The translations under genes and the position numbers were made by a program. A DNA stretch of 64,000 nt, taken from assembly GCF_056746865.1 (NCBI RefSeq), contig NZ_CM163382.1; one strand, written 5' to 3'. The notes beneath the pieces were generated by a model that was not told the DNA's origin, searched no databases, and saw only the letters and a list, made by a program, of their open reading frames with translations. Shown here piece by piece: positions 11,838 through 22,932 of the stretch. How positions within the stretch are numbered: the first letter of the stretch is position 1; every line of letters starts with the position of its first letter.

Positions 11838-12533
11838 TTAATTACGTTTTTCCAGCAGGGTCCGGTAAATCAGACCACCGATAATGCCGCCGACAATTGG
11901 CACCACCCAGAAGAACCACAGTTGTTCTAATGCCCAGCCGCCCTGGAAGATAGCAACCGCGGTGCTGCGCGCCGGGTTAACAGAAGTGTTAGTCACCGGA
12001 ATACTGATTAAGTGAATCAGGGTTAAGGCCAGACCAATAGCGATCGGCGCAAAACCAGCAGGAGCGAATTTGTCGGTTGCGCCGTGGATCACCAGCAGGA
12101 AACCTGCACTCAATACCAGTTCAACTACCAGTGCGGAAAGCATGGAATAACCGCCTGGCGAATGCTCGCCATAACCGTTAGAAGCAAAACCGCTGGCTGC
12201 CGCGTCAAAACCCGTTTTACCACTGGCAATTAAATACAGCAGCGCCGCCGCAACAATACCGCCGACAACCTGGGCAATTACGTAGCCAACGACTTCTTTT
12301 GCCGGGAAACGTCCGCCAGCCCATAAACCAATAGTGACCGCCGGGTTAAAATGACCACCAGAAATATGACCAACTGCAAAGGCCATCGTCAGAACGGTCA
12401 GACCGAATGCCAGCGCCACGCCGGCAAAACCAATGCCTAATTCCGGGAAGCCTGCGGCCAGTACGGCACTACCACAGCCACCAAAAACAAGCCAGAAAGT
12501 ACCAAAACATTCAGCTGCTAATTTTCTGAACAT
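11838..12533 (-). CDS. aqpZ: Aquaporin Z
   Basis: ORF 11838..12539; two NPA motifs (HFNPAVT and NPARS); start at [16 protein letters not shown] gives 231 aa. Confidence 0.93.
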   Translation of the reverse strand: MFRKLAAECFGTFWLVFGGCGSAVLAAGFPELGIGFAGVALAFGLTVLTMAFAVGHISGGHFNPAVTIGLWAGGRFPAKEVVGYVIAQVVGGIVAAALLYLIASGKTGFDAAASGFASNGYGEHSPGGYSMLSALVVELVLSAGFLLVIHGATDKFAPAGFAPIAIGLALTLIHLISIPVTNTSVNPARSTAVAIFQGGWALEQLWFFWVVPIVGGIIGGLIYRTLLEKRN

Positions 12534-12958
12534 ATCCACCTCAATTAAAAATTGACCCTGTGAAAAATATGGTCGTTTTATAGGGTCGTCGTAAAAAAGT
12601 GACGACGGAAATAATGCGCGGCTATTTTAAAAACGAAGGCGAGTCATTCACCAGATAAATAAATCCAGTAAATTTGATTTAGGGCAACAGCGGGTTGCCC
12701 CATATAGTCATTTGTCTGATTGACAGTGTAGTGCAAGCAAAAGATTTAATCCTTTAGGCGTAATAAAAAATAATTTATCATGCTAATTATTTGATTTTGT
12801 TGTTTTTGCAGGCTTATCAGCAAGAGGGAGTATAACGCGATTATTCGCTCATTTTTCAGACATTTGCCATGCTTAAATGTGATGTCATCACGTATTAGCA
12901 TGGCCTTTCCCGTTATACTGCCAGCGTAAAGGATAAGTCACATATTTCTGGAGGGGAT

Positions 12959-14617
12959 ATGATTCTTGAGCGCGTTGAAATTGTGGGTTTTCGCGGTATC
13001 AACCGTTTGTCGTTGATGCTGGAACAAAACAACGTCCTGATTGGGGAGAACGCGTGGGGTAAATCCAGCTTGCTGGACGCCTTAACCCTGCTGCTATCGC
13101 CAGAATCAGATCTCTACCATTTTGAGCGCGACGATTTCTGGTTCCCGCCGGGAGATATCAACGGGCGAGAACATCATCTGCATATTATTTTGACCTTCCG
13201 CGAATCGCTGCCAGGCCGACATCGGGTTCGCCGCTATCGGCCGCTGGAAGCGTGCTGGACGCCATGCACTGATGGCTATCACCGTATTTTTTATCGTCTG
13301 GAAGGGGAGAGTGCGGAAGACGGCAGCGTGATGACACTGCGCAGTTTTCTCGATAAAGACGGACATCCGATTGATGTCGAGGATATTAACGACCAGGCAC
13401 GCCATCTGGTGCGTTTAATGCCGGTGCTGCGCTTGCGTGATGCCCGTTTTATGCGCCGTATTCGTAACGGCACGGTGCCAAATGTCCCTAATGTGGAAGT
13501 CACCGCGCGCCAGCTCGATTTCCTCGCCCGTGAGTTATCCTCACATCCGCAAAATCTCTCTGATGGGCAGATTCGTCAGGGACTTTCCGCAATGGTACAG
13601 CTGCTTGAGCATTATTTCTCTGAGCAGGGGGCCGGACAGGCGCGATATCGTTTAATGCGGCGGCGAGCCAGCAATGAGCAACGAAGCTGGCGCTATCTGG
13701 ATATCATCAACCGGATGATTGACCGACCTGGAGGGCGCTCGTATCGGGTTATTTTGCTCGGCCTGTTTGCTACTTTGTTGCAGGCAAAAGGCACATTGCG
13801 ACTGGATAAAGACGCCCGTCCATTGTTGCTGATCGAAGATCCAGAAACCCGTTTACACCCCATTATGCTTTCAGTTGCCTGGCATCTGTTGAATCTTCTG
13901 CCATTGCAGCGCATTGCCACCACCAACTCGGGTGAGTTGCTTTCGTTAACGCCGGTAGAGCATGTTTGCCGACTGGTACGTGAGTCCTCGCGCGTTGCCG
14001 CCTGGCGTCTGGGGCCGAGTGGTTTGAGTACCGAAGATAGCCGACGCATCTCTTTCCACATTCGTTTTAATCGTCCATCATCGCTGTTTGCACGCTGCTG
14101 GCTGCTGGTGGAAGGGGAAACGGAAACCTGGGTTATCAATGAACTGGCGCGTCAGTGCGGACATCATTTTGATGCTGAAGGGATCAAGGTCATTGAGTTT
14201 GCCCAGTCCGGGCTAAAGCCACTGGTTAAATTTGCCCGGCGAATGGGGATTGAATGGCATGTACTGGTCGATGGCGATGAAGCAGGGAAGAAATATGCCG
14301 CTACGGTACGCAGCCTGTTGAATAACGATCGGGAAGCCGAACGAGAACATTTAACGGCGTTACCGGCGCTGGATATGGAACATTTTATGTATCGCCAGGG
14401 ATTTTCCGATGTGTTCCACCGCGTGGCGCAAATCCCGGAAAATGTACCGATGAATCTGCGCAAAATTATCTCGAAAGCGATCCATCGCTCTTCCAAACCC
14501 GATCTTGCCATTGAAGTGGCAATGGAGGCAGGACGTCGTGGTGTGGATTCCGTACCGACGCTGCTGAAAAAAATGTTCTCACGCGTGCTGTGGCTGGCGC
14601 GCGGTCGCGCGGATTAA
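12959..14617 (+). CDS. ybjD: OLD-family ATP-dependent endonuclease YbjD (AAA ATPase N-terminus, Toprim-like C-terminus)
   Basis: 552-aa ORF MILERVEIVGFRGINRLSLMLEQNNVLIGENAWGKSS (Walker A GENAWGKSS); recognised as YbjD; overlaps the ybjX stop by 4 bp. Confidence 0.85.
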   Translation: MILERVEIVGFRGINRLSLMLEQNNVLIGENAWGKSSLLDALTLLLSPESDLYHFERDDFWFPPGDINGREHHLHIILTFRESLPGRHRVRRYRPLEACWTPCTDGYHRIFYRLEGESAEDGSVMTLRSFLDKDGHPIDVEDINDQARHLVRLMPVLRLRDARFMRRIRNGTVPNVPNVEVTARQLDFLARELSSHPQNLSDGQIRQGLSAMVQLLEHYFSEQGAGQARYRLMRRRASNEQRSWRYLDIINRMIDRPGGRSYRVILLGLFATLLQAKGTLRLDKDARPLLLIEDPETRLHPIMLSVAWHLLNLLPLQRIATTNSGELLSLTPVEHVCRLVRESSRVAAWRLGPSGLSTEDSRRISFHIRFNRPSSLFARCWLLVEGETETWVINELARQCGHHFDAEGIKVIEFAQSGLKPLVKFARRMGIEWHVLVDGDEAGKKYAATVRSLLNNDREAEREHLTALPALDMEHFMYRQGFSDVFHRVAQIPENVPMNLRKIISKAIHRSSKPDLAIEVAMEAGRRGVDSVPTLLKKMFSRVLWLARGRAD

Positions 14618-15606
14618 CCGCGAAACATCGTGGCCATTTGTGGCTGAATAGCGTCGAGCATCTCATAGCGCCGACGGTATTCAGCCCGTTTTTTACTGGC
14701 GATTTCGGCAATCTCTTTTCGTGCTATCTGTGCTGGAAGGCGGTAATGGCGTTCAGCATCACATACGCCGCCAACCGACTCCCAGAACGCGTTGTAATCA
14801 GCATGGATCTTGCCTTCTTTATCGCGATAACGCAGGCTGCGGTAAATATGTGTTTCATTGCTGACGGCAATGATCTGCTCTACCTGCAAACGTTGGGCAA
14901 ACAGACAGGCCGCTTCCATCACAAGGCGTTTGGGAAATAGCCCGTGGCAGGCTTTCGTCGCATTCTGGATTTCCTGATGTGGAATTTCCCATTTTGCGCC
15001 TTGCAGTCCGCCAATAAACATTGTTCTTTTCCCCTGATATTCACACAGGGTAAACGTGATCTCTGCCAGAGGAATACCTTCGCTGTTGCGGAACAGGATT
15101 GTACTGTCACCTTCTTTATCCATTGAGATCATCATGGTCAGCTCAAGTGTGAACTGCTCGCCGTTTTTGCCTTCCAGCTTCGCCAGTTGCAGCCCGGGGG
15201 TATTCAAATATAAGCTGAATTCTTCCGCCGACATACACCCGCGGAGTAACGCATAATGGTAACGTAACGCCTCCAGCAATTGCTTACGGCTAAGATTCGC
15301 CGCAAGGTAAGGGCGATGCAGACGCACAGGCAGTCGCGGCTGGCGCGTTAACAACACATTGAGATTAGGCCAGTGGGAAAGTTCGTTCATCCACTCAACG
15401 CTTAAACGCGGCATAATCAACGAGCGCAGCAAAAATTTCTGGCGAAAACTACGGCGATGCCAGAATTTACCCGGCCGACACTGTCCACGTGCCAGACTAA
15501 GAAAAAGTGACAGGCTGCTGAGAGATTCAGATGGCGTAAAGGTCCGTTCAGTTAGCTGCGACATATTCATGAAATCAATGGTTATACATGACGTCGATTT
15601 CACCAT
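14614..15606 (-). CDS. ybjX: DUF535/VirK-family protein YbjX
   Basis: 330-aa ORF; exact start uncertain (ATGs at 15606, 15570 and 15564); convergent with ybjD. Confidence 0.78.
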   Translation of the reverse strand: MVKSTSCITIDFMNMSQLTERTFTPSESLSSLSLFLSLARGQCRPGKFWHRRSFRQKFLLRSLIMPRLSVEWMNELSHWPNLNVLLTRQPRLPVRLHRPYLAANLSRKQLLEALRYHYALLRGCMSAEEFSLYLNTPGLQLAKLEGKNGEQFTLELTMMISMDKEGDSTILFRNSEGIPLAEITFTLCEYQGKRTMFIGGLQGAKWEIPHQEIQNATKACHGLFPKRLVMEAACLFAQRLQVEQIIAVSNETHIYRSLRYRDKEGKIHADYNAFWESVGGVCDAERHYRLPAQIARKEIAEIASKKRAEYRRRYEMLDAIQPQMATMFRG

Positions 15607-15720
15607 TGCGTATCTTAACCAAACATCAATAGTGTGATTACTAACGTAAATTTTAGGGTTTTGTTGATATTTCGTTGAAGTTAATGACCCGGATTGGCAT
15701 ATGGAGTATTCAGAATATTT

Positions 15721-16836
15721 ATGAAAAAGCGGAAAACCGTGAAGAAGCGTTACGTTATTGCGCTGGTGATAGTCATTGCCGGGCTGATTACGTTATGGAG
15801 AATTCTTAACGCACCCGTGCCGACTTATCAGACGCTGATTGTGCGCCCCGGTGATTTACAGCAAAGCGTGCTGGCGACCGGAAAGCTGGACGCGCTGCGT
15901 AAGGTTGATGTGGGCGCGCAGGTCAGCGGTCAGTTGAAAACGCTGTCGGTGGCGATTGGCGATAAAGTAAAAAAAGACCAGCTTTTAGGGGTTATTGATC
16001 CTGAACAGGCTGAAAACCAGATTAAGGAGGTGGAAGCAACGCTGATGGAGCTACGCGCGCAGCGGCAGCAGGCGGAAGCGGAGCTGAAACTGGCGCGGGT
16101 GACGTATTCCCGTCAGCAACGTCTTGCACAAACGCAAGCGGTTTCACAGCAGGATCTCGATACCGCCGCGACGGAGATGGCTGTGAAACAGGCGCAAATT
16201 GGCACCATTGACGCGCAAATCAAGCGCAATCAGGCCTCACTCGCTACGGCTAAAACCAATCTCGATTACACCCGCATCGTTGCTCCGATGGCCGGGGAAG
16301 TCACGCAAATCACCACTCTGCAAGGCCAGACGGTGATTGCCGCACAACAAGCACCGAACATTCTGACGCTGGCAGATATGAGCACCATGCTGGTAAAAGC
16401 GCAGGTTTCTGAAGCGGATGTAATCCACCTGAAGCCGGGGCAAAAAGCCTGGTTTACGGTACTTGGCGATCCACTGACGCGCTACGAGGGGCAAATCAAG
16501 GATGTACTACCGACGCCGGAAAAGGTTAACGACGCTATTTTCTATTACGCCCGTTTTGAAGTCCCCAACCCCAATGGTTTGCTGCGGCTGGATATGACCG
16601 CGCAAGTGCATATTCAGCTCACCGATGTGAAAAATGTGCTGACGATCCCTCTGTCGGCGTTAGGCGATCCGGTTGGCGATAATCGTTATAAAGTCAAATT
16701 GTTGCGTAATGGTGAAACACGCGAACGTGAAGTGACGATTGGCGCACGTAACGATACCGATGTTGAGATTGTCAAAGGGCTGGACGCGGGCGATGAAGTG
16801 GTGATTGGTGAGGCCAAACCAGGAGCTGCACAATGA
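15721..16836 (+). CDS. macA: Macrolide export membrane-fusion protein MacA
   Basis: ORF 15694..16836; start at [18 protein letters not shown] gives 371 aa; HlyD-like periplasmic adaptor; 4-bp overlap with macB. Confidence 0.9.
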   Translation: MKKRKTVKKRYVIALVIVIAGLITLWRILNAPVPTYQTLIVRPGDLQQSVLATGKLDALRKVDVGAQVSGQLKTLSVAIGDKVKKDQLLGVIDPEQAENQIKEVEATLMELRAQRQQAEAELKLARVTYSRQQRLAQTQAVSQQDLDTAATEMAVKQAQIGTIDAQIKRNQASLATAKTNLDYTRIVAPMAGEVTQITTLQGQTVIAAQQAPNILTLADMSTMLVKAQVSEADVIHLKPGQKAWFTVLGDPLTRYEGQIKDVLPTPEKVNDAIFYYARFEVPNPNGLLRLDMTAQVHIQLTDVKNVLTIPLSALGDPVGDNRYKVKLLRNGETREREVTIGARNDTDVEIVKGLDAGDEVVIGEAKPGAAQ

Positions 16837-18779
16837 CGCCTTTGCTCGAATTAAAGGATATTCGTCGCAGCTATCCTGCCGGTGATGAGCAGGTTGAGGT
16901 GCTGAAGGGCATCACCCTCGATATTTATGCTGGTGAGATGGTGGCGATTGTCGGCGCTTCGGGTTCCGGTAAATCGACCCTGATGAATATTCTCGGCTGC
17001 CTGGATAAGGCCACCAGCGGCACCTATCGCGTAGCCGGTCAGGATGTTGCCACGCTGGACGCCGATGCGCTGGCGCAACTGCGTCGCGAACACTTCGGCT
17101 TTATTTTCCAGCGTTACCATTTGCTTTCGCATTTAACCGCCGAGCAGAACGTTGAAGTACCCGCCGTCTATGCCGGTCTTGAGCGGAAACAGCGGCTGCT
17201 TCGCGCCCAGGAGTTGCTGCAACGACTGGGGCTGGAAGACCGTACAGAGTATTATCCGGCACAGCTTTCGGGTGGTCAGCAACAGCGCGTCAGCATCGCG
17301 CGGGCATTGATGAACGGCGGTCAGGTAATTCTTGCCGATGAACCAACCGGCGCACTGGACAGCCATTCTGGCGAAGAGGTGATGGCGATCCTGCATCAGC
17401 TGCGTGATCGCGGGCATACGGTGATTATCGTTACCCACGATCCGCAGGTCGCTGCTCAGGCCGAGCGGGTGATCGAAATTCGCGACGGCGAAATTGTGCG
17501 CAATCCTCCCGCCGTTGAAAAAGTGAATGTTGCTGGCGGGACGGAACCTGTTGTCAACACGGCCTCTGGCTGGCGGCAGTTTGTCAGTGGTTTTAACGAG
17601 GCGCTGACGATGGCATGGAGGGCGCTGGCAGCGAATAAAATGCGTACTTTACTGACCATGCTGGGGATTATTATCGGTATTGCGTCGGTGGTTTCAATTG
17701 TCGTGGTGGGCGACGCCGCCAAACAAATGGTGCTGGCGGATATTCGTTCTATTGGTACGAATACTATTGATGTCTATCCCGGGAAAGATTTTGGCGATGA
17801 CGATCCGCAATATCAGCAGGCGCTGAAGTACGATGACTTAATCGCCATCCAAAAACAACCGTGGGTCGCCTCAGCCACACCTGCCGTCTCGCAAAACCTG
17901 CGCCTGCGTTATAACAATGTTGATGTTGCTGCCAGTGCCAATGGCGTGAGCGGCGATTATTTTAATGTCTATGGCATGACCTTCAGTGAAGGGAACACCT
18001 TTAATCAGGAGCAGCTGAACGGTCGTGCGCAGGTGGTGGTGCTCGACAGTAATACTCGCCGCCAGCTTTTCCCCCATAAAGCAGATGTGGTTGGCGAGGT
18101 GATTCTGGTCGGCAATATGCCCGCCAGAGTCATTGGTGTGGCGGAAGAAAAACAGTCGATGTTTGGTAGCAGTAAAGTGCTGCGTGTCTGGCTACCTTAC
18201 AGCACGATGTCCGGGCGAGTTATGGGCCAGTCGTGGCTGAACTCCATTACTGTCAGGGTGAAAGAAGGATTTGACAGCGCCGAGGCGGAACAGCAACTCA
18301 CGCGTTTACTTTCACTGCGCCACGGTAAGAAGGATTTCTTTACCTGGAACATGGACGGCGTCTTGAAAACCGTTGAAAAGACCACACGTACTTTACAACT
18401 GTTTCTTACGCTGGTGGCGGTGATTTCGCTGGTGGTGGGCGGTATTGGTGTAATGAATATTATGCTGGTGTCAGTGACCGAGCGGACGCGGGAAATTGGC
18501 ATTCGCATGGCTGTAGGTGCGCGAGCAAGCGATGTTTTGCAACAGTTCCTGATCGAAGCCGTGCTGGTTTGCCTGGTCGGTGGCGCGTTGGGAATAACAC
18601 TGTCACTGTTAATTGCTTTCACCTTGCAGCTTTTCTTACCCGGCTGGGAGATTGGTTTTTCACCTTTGGCGCTGCTGCTGGCGTTTCTCTGCTCGACGGT
18701 CACCGGGATTTTATTTGGCTGGTTACCCGCACGAAATGCGGCACGACTGGATCCAGTAGATGCTCTGGCACGAGAGTAA
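16833..18779 (+). CDS. macB: Macrolide export ABC transporter ATP-binding/permease MacB
   Basis: 648 aa; Walker [13 protein letters not shown] signature [16 protein letters not shown]-terminal FtsX-like permease. Confidence 0.93.
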   Translation: MTPLLELKDIRRSYPAGDEQVEVLKGITLDIYAGEMVAIVGASGSGKSTLMNILGCLDKATSGTYRVAGQDVATLDADALAQLRREHFGFIFQRYHLLSHLTAEQNVEVPAVYAGLERKQRLLRAQELLQRLGLEDRTEYYPAQLSGGQQQRVSIARALMNGGQVILADEPTGALDSHSGEEVMAILHQLRDRGHTVIIVTHDPQVAAQAERVIEIRDGEIVRNPPAVEKVNVAGGTEPVVNTASGWRQFVSGFNEALTMAWRALAANKMRTLLTMLGIIIGIASVVSIVVVGDAAKQMVLADIRSIGTNTIDVYPGKDFGDDDPQYQQALKYDDLIAIQKQPWVASATPAVSQNLRLRYNNVDVAASANGVSGDYFNVYGMTFSEGNTFNQEQLNGRAQVVVLDSNTRRQLFPHKADVVGEVILVGNMPARVIGVAEEKQSMFGSSKVLRVWLPYSTMSGRVMGQSWLNSITVRVKEGFDSAEAEQQLTRLLSLRHGKKDFFTWNMDGVLKTVEKTTRTLQLFLTLVAVISLVVGGIGVMNIMLVSVTERTREIGIRMAVGARASDVLQQFLIEAVLVCLVGGALGITLSLLIAFTLQLFLPGWEIGFSPLALLLAFLCSTVTGILFGWLPARNAARLDPVDALARE

Positions 18780-18789
18780 TTTTGAGATA

Positions 18790-18822
18790 AAAATGCCAGC
18801 CGATCGGGCTGGCATTTTGCCT
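18790..18822. terminator. Putative bidirectional terminator between convergent macB and cspD
   Basis: Hairpin gccagcc-gatc-gggctggc flanked by A-run and T-run (aaaatgccagccgatcgggctggcatttt). Confidence 0.6.
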
Positions 18823-18850
18823 TTAGGATGTACACAATGAGACAGAAGAG

Positions 18851-19075
18851 CTATGCGACTGCCGCTTCTACTTCGACGGGCACAATAACACTGGCGTGAT
18901 TGCCTTTTGGCCCCTGGTGGACATCAAACTGAACGGATTGTCCAGCTTTTAGCGTTCTGTAACCATCCATCTGAATGGTGGAATAATGAGCGAAAATATC
19001 TTCGCCGCCGCCTTCAGGGCAGATGAAACCAAACCCTTTGGCATTGTTGAACCACTTAACAGTACCCTTTTCCAT
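18851..19075 (-). CDS. cspD: Stationary-phase cold-shock-domain protein CspD
   Basis: ORF 18851..19105; start at MEKGTVKWFNNAKGFGFI (RNP1 motif) gives 74 aa. Confidence 0.9.
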   Translation of the reverse strand: MEKGTVKWFNNAKGFGFICPEGGGEDIFAHYSTIQMDGYRTLKAGQSVQFDVHQGPKGNHASVIVPVEVEAAVA

Positions 19076-19397
19076 GCTTCGACATCCTTCGCAAATCTTA
19101 TACAAGTAAGATGGAATAAACCGGGGTCAGAGAGGGGGCTGTTCAAAACCTCGCCAACTCTAGAAATACAATTTAGAGAATTAGGGCGAGCCGTCAAGCA
19201 TTTGACAGGGGCCAGGGGGCAGGTATGAATCAAAAATTTGAAGCAGTTAACGCTATTGACAGGAATGTGACAGATGTCGCTGATGCCAACGATAGATGAT
19301 AGTTATCTATCATGTGGAGTAGATTGGTCAGGCAAATAAGCTCTTGTCAGCGGCAGGGCGTTCTGCCGATAACCGTAACCGAAGATGATAACTGACA

Positions 19398-19718
19398 ATG
19401 GGTAAAACGAACGACTGGCTGGACTTTGATCAACTGGCGGAAGAAAAAGTTCGCGACGCGCTAAAACCGCCATCTATGTATAAAGTGATATTAGTCAATG
19501 ATGATTACACTCCGATGGAGTTTGTTATTGACGTGTTACAAAAATTCTTTTCTTATGATGTAGAACGTGCAACGCAATTGATGCTCGCTGTTCACTACCA
19601 GGGGAAGGCCATTTGCGGAGTCTTTACCGCCGAGGTTGCAGAAACCAAAGTGGCGATGGTGAACAAGTACGCGAGGGAGAATGAGCATCCATTGCTGTGT
19701 ACGCTAGAAAAAGCCTGA
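19398..19718 (+). CDS. clpS: ClpA adaptor protein ClpS
   Basis: 106 aa [43 protein letters not shown]; immediately upstream of clpA. Confidence 0.93.
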
Positions 19719-19748
19719 ATGCAGGCATAAAAATTGGGGGAGGTGCCT

Positions 19749-22025
19749 ATGCTCAATCAAGAACTGGAACTCAGTTTAAATATGGCTTTCGCCAGAGCGC
19801 GCGAGCACCGTCATGAGTTTATGACCGTCGAGCACTTGTTACTGGCGCTGCTCAGTAACCCATCTGCCCGGGAGGCGCTGGAAGCGTGTTCTGTGGATTT
19901 GGTTGCGCTCCGTCAGGAACTGGAAGCCTTTATTGAACAAACCACACCCGTTCTGCCTGCCAGTGAAGAGGAGCGCGACACACAGCCGACGCTGAGTTTT
20001 CAGCGTGTACTGCAACGTGCGGTCTTCCATGTCCAGTCCTCCGGTCGCAATGAGGTTACCGGTGCAAACGTTCTGGTCGCTATTTTTAGCGAACAGGAGT
20101 CGCAGGCGGCATATCTGTTGCGTAAACATGAAGTCAGCCGTCTCGATGTGGTGAACTTTATCTCTCATGGCACGCGTAAAGACGAGCCGACACAGTCTTC
20201 TGATCCTGGCAGCCAGCCAAACAGCGAAGAACAAGCTGGTGGGGAGGAACGTATGGAGAATTTCACGACGAACCTGAATCAGCTTGCGCGCGTGGGAGGA
20301 ATCGACCCACTGATTGGTCGTGAGAAGGAGCTGGAGCGTGCTATTCAGGTTCTCTGCCGTCGCCGTAAAAACAACCCGCTGCTGGTGGGGGAATCTGGTG
20401 TCGGTAAAACCGCGATTGCGGAAGGTCTTGCCTGGCGAATTGTTCAGGGCGATGTGCCGGAAGTGATGGCTGACTGTACGATTTACTCTCTCGATATCGG
20501 TTCTCTGTTAGCGGGCACAAAATATCGCGGCGACTTTGAAAAACGTTTTAAAGCGTTGCTCAAGCAGCTGGAGCAGGATACTAACAGCATCCTGTTTATT
20601 GATGAGATCCACACCATTATCGGTGCGGGTGCAGCCTCTGGTGGCCAGGTCGATGCGGCTAACCTGATCAAACCGCTGCTCTCCAGCGGTAAAATTCGCG
20701 TAATTGGTTCGACAACCTATCAGGAGTTCAGCAACATTTTCGAGAAAGACCGTGCTCTGGCGCGTCGCTTCCAGAAAATTGATATTACTGAACCGTCGAT
20801 CGAAGAAACTGTTCAAATCATCAATGGCCTGAAACCGAAGTATGAAGCGCACCACGACGTGCGTTATACCGCAAAAGCGGTGCGTGCAGCGGTAGAGCTG
20901 GCGGTGAAATACATTAACGATCGTCATCTGCCGGATAAAGCCATTGACGTTATCGACGAAGCGGGCGCTCGCGCACGCCTGATGCCGGTAAGCAAACGCA
21001 AGAAAACCGTTAATGTGGCGGATATTGAGTCCGTGGTGGCCCGTATTGCGCGCATTCCAGAGAAGAGTGTTTCGCAGAGTGACCGCGATACCCTGAAAAA
21101 CCTCGGCGATCGCCTGAAAATGCTGGTCTTCGGTCAGGATAAAGCCATTGAGGCGCTGACTGAAGCCATTAAGATGGCGCGTGCAGGTTTAGGTCACGAA
21201 CATAAACCGGTCGGTTCGTTCCTGTTTGCAGGCCCTACCGGGGTCGGGAAAACAGAGGTGACGGTACAGCTTTCGAAAGCTTTGGGCATTGAGCTTCTGC
21301 GCTTTGATATGTCCGAGTATATGGAACGCCATACCGTCAGCCGTCTGATTGGTGCGCCTCCGGGATACGTTGGTTTTGATCAGGGCGGTTTGCTGACTGA
21401 TGCGGTCATCAAGCATCCACATGCGGTGCTGCTGCTGGACGAAATCGAGAAAGCGCACCCGGACGTGTTCAATATTCTGTTGCAGGTGATGGACAACGGT
21501 ACGCTGACCGATAACAACGGACGCAAAGCGGACTTCCGTAACGTGGTATTGGTGATGACCACCAACGCTGGGGTACGAGAAACTGAGCGTAAATCGATTG
21601 GTCTTATCCACCAGGACAACAGTACCGATGCGATGGAAGAGATCAAGAAGATCTTTACGCCGGAGTTTCGTAACCGTCTCGACAACATTATCTGGTTCGA
21701 TCATCTCTCCACCGACGTGATCCATCAGGTAGTGGATAAATTCATCGTCGAGTTGCAGGTTCAGTTGGATCAGAAAGGTGTTTCTCTGGAAGTGAGCCAG
21801 GAAGCGCGTAACTGGCTGGCCGAGAAAGGTTACGACCGGGCAATGGGCGCACGTCCGATGGCGCGTGTCATCCAGGACAACCTGAAAAAACCGCTCGCCA
21901 ACGAACTGTTGTTTGGTTCGCTGGTGGACGGCGGTCAGGTGACGGTTGCGCTGGATAAAGAGAAAAATGAGCTGACTTATGGATTCCAGAGTGCACAAAA
22001 GCACAAGGCGGAAGCAGCGCATTAA
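19749..22025 (+). CDS. clpA: ATP-dependent Clp protease ATP-binding subunit ClpA
   Basis: ORF 19734..22025; start at [10 protein letters not shown] gives 758 aa; two AAA+ modules (GESGVGKT and GPTGVGKT). Confidence 0.95.
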   Translation: MLNQELELSLNMAFARAREHRHEFMTVEHLLLALLSNPSAREALEACSVDLVALRQELEAFIEQTTPVLPASEEERDTQPTLSFQRVLQRAVFHVQSSGRNEVTGANVLVAIFSEQESQAAYLLRKHEVSRLDVVNFISHGTRKDEPTQSSDPGSQPNSEEQAGGEERMENFTTNLNQLARVGGIDPLIGREKELERAIQVLCRRRKNNPLLVGESGVGKTAIAEGLAWRIVQGDVPEVMADCTIYSLDIGSLLAGTKYRGDFEKRFKALLKQLEQDTNSILFIDEIHTIIGAGAASGGQVDAANLIKPLLSSGKIRVIGSTTYQEFSNIFEKDRALARRFQKIDITEPSIEETVQIINGLKPKYEAHHDVRYTAKAVRAAVELAVKYINDRHLPDKAIDVIDEAGARARLMPVSKRKKTVNVADIESVVARIARIPEKSVSQSDRDTLKNLGDRLKMLVFGQDKAIEALTEAIKMARAGLGHEHKPVGSFLFAGPTGVGKTEVTVQLSKALGIELLRFDMSEYMERHTVSRLIGAPPGYVGFDQGGLLTDAVIKHPHAVLLLDEIEKAHPDVFNILLQVMDNGTLTDNNGRKADFRNVVLVMTTNAGVRETERKSIGLIHQDNSTDAMEEIKKIFTPEFRNRLDNIIWFDHLSTDVIHQVVDKFIVELQVQLDQKGVSLEVSQEARNWLAEKGYDRAMGARPMARVIQDNLKKPLANELLFGSLVDGGQVTVALDKEKNELTYGFQSAQKHKAEAAH

Positions 22026-22050
22026 TCTGATTGTCAGGTAGGTTGGTGAA

Positions 22051-22086
22051 GTCCGTAATCTCGAAAGAGGTTACGGACTTTTTGTT
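22051..22086 (+). terminator. Putative rho-independent terminator of clpA
   Basis: Hairpin gtccgtaatctc-gaaa-gaggttacggac followed by tttttgtttg. Confidence 0.7.
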
Positions 22087-22139
22087 TGTAGGCTGGGGCG
22101 GTGAAAACCCTATTTTTGGAGGTGAAGGTAAGTTGTTGA

Positions 22140-22237
22140 TAATTAATGGTGCTGGAAGGTAAGAATAAAAAAGGGTGCCAGCAGGAAAATGAGATGATTT
22201 TGCTTTATTAACAACGAGCTAAACGTGTAGTATTTGA
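22140..22237 (+). promoter_or_regulatory. Putative AT-rich CRISPR leader
   Basis: AT-rich stretch directly upstream of the first repeat; the degenerate repeat is at the opposite end, consistent with leader-proximal polarity. Confidence 0.4.
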
Positions 22238-22445
22238 GTTCACTGCCGTACAGGCAGCTTAGAAATCGACGGGGTGCGGTAAAACCTTTGCGAACGCGTT
22301 CACTGCCGTACAGGCAGCTTAGAAAGCTGTATTCGGCAAATGAAGTGGATGTTGATGGTTCACTGCCGTACAGGCTGCTTAGAAATTCGTACTTAACGAA
22401 CTGTTGCTCCTCTGCTGGTTCACTGTCGAACAGGCAGATAAAATG
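22238..22445 (+). CRISPR. Type I-F (Ypest-type) CRISPR array: 4 repeats and 3 spacers, with no adjacent cas genes (orphan)
   Basis: 28-bp repeats GTTCACTGCCGTACAGGCAGCTTAGAAA at 22238-22265 and 22298-22325, a one-mismatch copy at 22358-22385 and a degenerate terminal repeat at 22418-22445; 32-bp spacers at 22266-22297, 22326-22357 and 22386-22417. Confidence 0.9.
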
Positions 22446-22844
22446 CGAAAAAAGCTCGTACTTTCGTACGCGCTTTTCTTTAAATATGACGGTGAGGGGG
22501 GGATTGACTCGCTTCGCTCGCCCTGCGGGCAGCCCACTCACTGTGTTCGTGGTCTGTCCAACTGGCTGCGCCAGTTGTCGAACCCCGGTCGGGGCTTCTC
22601 ATCCCCCCTGGAGTGCAATATGCGAAAAAAAAGCTCGCACTTTCGTACGAGCTCTTCTTTGAATATGGCGGTGAGGGGGGGATTGACTCGCTTCGCTCGC
22701 CCTGCGGGCAGCCCACTCACTGTGTTCGTGGTCTGTCCAACTGGCTGCGCCAGTTGTCGAACCCCGGTCGGGGCTTCTCATCCCCCTTGGAGTGCAATAT
22801 GCGAAAAAAAAGCTCGCACTTTCGTACGAGCTCTTCTTTGAATA
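22445..22844. repeat. Tandem direct repeats (~2.3 copies of a ~178-bp unit), each containing the serW terminator plus a ~17-nt copy of the tRNA-Ser 3' end
   Basis: Unit starts gcgaaaaaa(aa)gctcg at 22445, 22622 and 22801; copies 1 and 2 are near-identical over ~175 bp; each contains cggtgagggggggatt, which matches the 3' acceptor/T-arm of serW. Confidence 0.85.
22803..22838 (-). terminator. Putative rho-independent terminator of serW (a copy of this element is present in each tandem unit)
   Basis: On the minus strand, hairpin agctcgtacg-aaag-tgcgagct followed by a T-run, immediately 3' of the tRNA. Confidence 0.65.
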
Positions 22845-22932
22845 TGGCGGTGAGGGGGGGATTCGAACCCCCGATACGTTGCCGTATACACACTTTCCAG
22901 GCGTGCTCCTTCAGCCACTCGGACACCTCACC
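22845..22932 (-). tRNA. serW: tRNA-Ser (anticodon GGA)
   Basis: Reverse complement reads GGTGAGGTGTCCGAGTGGCTGAAGGAGCACGCCTGGAAAGTGTGTATACGGCAACGTATCGGGGGTTCGAATCCCCCCCTCACCGCCA, with long variable arm and encoded CCA. Confidence 0.95.
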
